Below are positions 63,500-64,000 of a stretch of DNA of 64,000 nucleotides, piece after piece. Origin of the DNA: Candidatus Woesearchaeota archaeon (GTDB taxonomy: Archaea; Nanobdellota; Nanobdellia; Woesearchaeales; GW2011-AR4); contig JACPMX010000016.1 of the NCBI GenBank assembly GCA_016185755.1, positions 985 to 64,984 of the forward strand, written 5' to 3'. A program made the translations under genes and the position numbers. Within the stretch, counting starts at the first letter, position 1; every line of letters begins with the position of its first letter. The notes beneath the pieces are model-generated. The model searched no databases. It was not told the DNA's origin and saw only the letters and a list, made by a program, of their open reading frames with translations.

Positions 63500-64000
63500 T
63501 CACTTAGTTGCGTTAATCAGCTTTTCAACCTCCAAAGTGATGTTGCTGGAAGTCTTATTTGCCAACTCCAAAGTATACAGCACGGGAGTCAGGTTAAACA
63601 TATTCACATAGCTATCAGAAACTCCTATGCGATTGAAAGCCCACACCTTATTATTTTTCTTGACAGCCCTGTCAAAGGTGCCTCTTGCTTGACCATTGCT
63701 TAGGTTTCTGGCATAAATCTGCAGGTCTGTATAGTTAGTGTAGCCGCTCAGCAAAGCATTTTGAACTCCAATACCTATAGAACTCCTTCCGGCAGCCTCC
63801 AAGCCGGTTATTGAAAGCGATAAAGCTCCGCTTGTGCTGTTTTCCTGCGTGTTGTTGCTGGCGTCCTTGCAGCTAATGAAAAGATAAGACGTATCATAAA
63901 CCAGCTCGTCTTGCGAAGTTAGCGTGCATAGATGGCTGGTTGTTCCTTCTCCAGCCGAAGCTCCTGTGCAGTTTCTGGAACTTCCTATGGCTGTATAATT
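63500..64000 (-). CDS. 3'-portion of a minus-strand gene encoding a sequon-rich secreted protein (the gene probably continues beyond the window)
   Basis: The reading frame is open to the window edge. The translated C-terminus contains NxT/S sequons (NYTD, NLSN, NLTP, NKTS, NITL). Confidence 0.3.
   Translation of the reverse strand, partial: NYTAIGSSRNCTGASAGEGTTSHLCTLTSQDELVYDTSYLFISCKDASNNTQENSTSGALSLSITGLEAAGRSSIGIGVQNALLSGYTNYTDLQIYARNLSNGQARGTFDRAVKKNNKVWAFNRIGVSDSYVNMFNLTPVLYTLELANKTSSNITLEVEKLINATK

Noticed and set aside
1-64000. CRISPR arrays, tRNA or rRNA genes
   Set aside because: No regularly spaced short direct repeats, no cloverleaf-compatible 70-90-nt segments and no rRNA-like conserved blocks were seen in intergenic regions. 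The only repeats are the 12-mer pair at 4377-4409 and the protein-coding paralog segments near 56-61 kb.

Overview
This 64-kb window has a low-to-moderate GC content and is almost entirely a cell-surface glycan biosynthesis/export locus followed by a block of secreted surface proteins. Strand-consistent, often ATGA-overlapping gene strings encode: (i) a Wzx-like flippase; (ii) a complete legionaminic/pseudaminic-type nonulosonic acid pathway (4,6-dehydratase, DegT aminotransferase, hexapeptide acetyltransferase, hydrolysing 2-epimerase, NeuB synthase, CMP-transferase and a second divergent NeuB paralog) under an adjacent Lrp/AsnC regulator, plus a divergently transcribed acetamidino-forming module (HisF/HisH-like WbuZ/WbuY with a PP-loop N-acetyl-sugar amidotransferase); (iii) a dTDP-6-deoxy-aminosugar set (RmlA/RmlB/cupin/aminotransferase/methyltransferase); (iv) UDP-ManNAc(A) genes (WecB, nucleotide-sugar dehydrogenase, epimerase), a formyltransferase with a PIG-L deacetylase, two radical-SAM enzymes, and many GT2/GT4/GT9/GT-C glycosyltransferases. 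The most unusual part is a co-directional island at 2.6-10.0 kb: an NPP-type phosphodiesterase, a wHTH fused to a lid-less pyruvate-kinase-like barrel, two tandem paralogous Pol-beta-fold nucleotidyltransferases (one with a degenerate catalytic motif), an atypical HIT-like protein, a PHP phosphoesterase and APS kinase. It may be an unconventional PAPS (sulfation) supply module or an undescribed nucleotide-based system. Three paralogous GT-C-like polytopic membrane proteins occur, two of them paired with small paralogous membrane proteins. An IS91 transposase remnant and an AbrB/PIN toxin-antitoxin pair sit between two of them. The last ~10 kb is AT-rich and encodes sequon-dense secreted proteins, including a 1441-aa subtilisin-lipase fusion and tandemly duplicated lipase-like modules. 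Archaeal-type TATA boxes and N-glycosylation sequon-rich surface proteins suggest an archaeon, but this cannot be proven from sequence alone. No rRNA, tRNA or CRISPR array was recognised.
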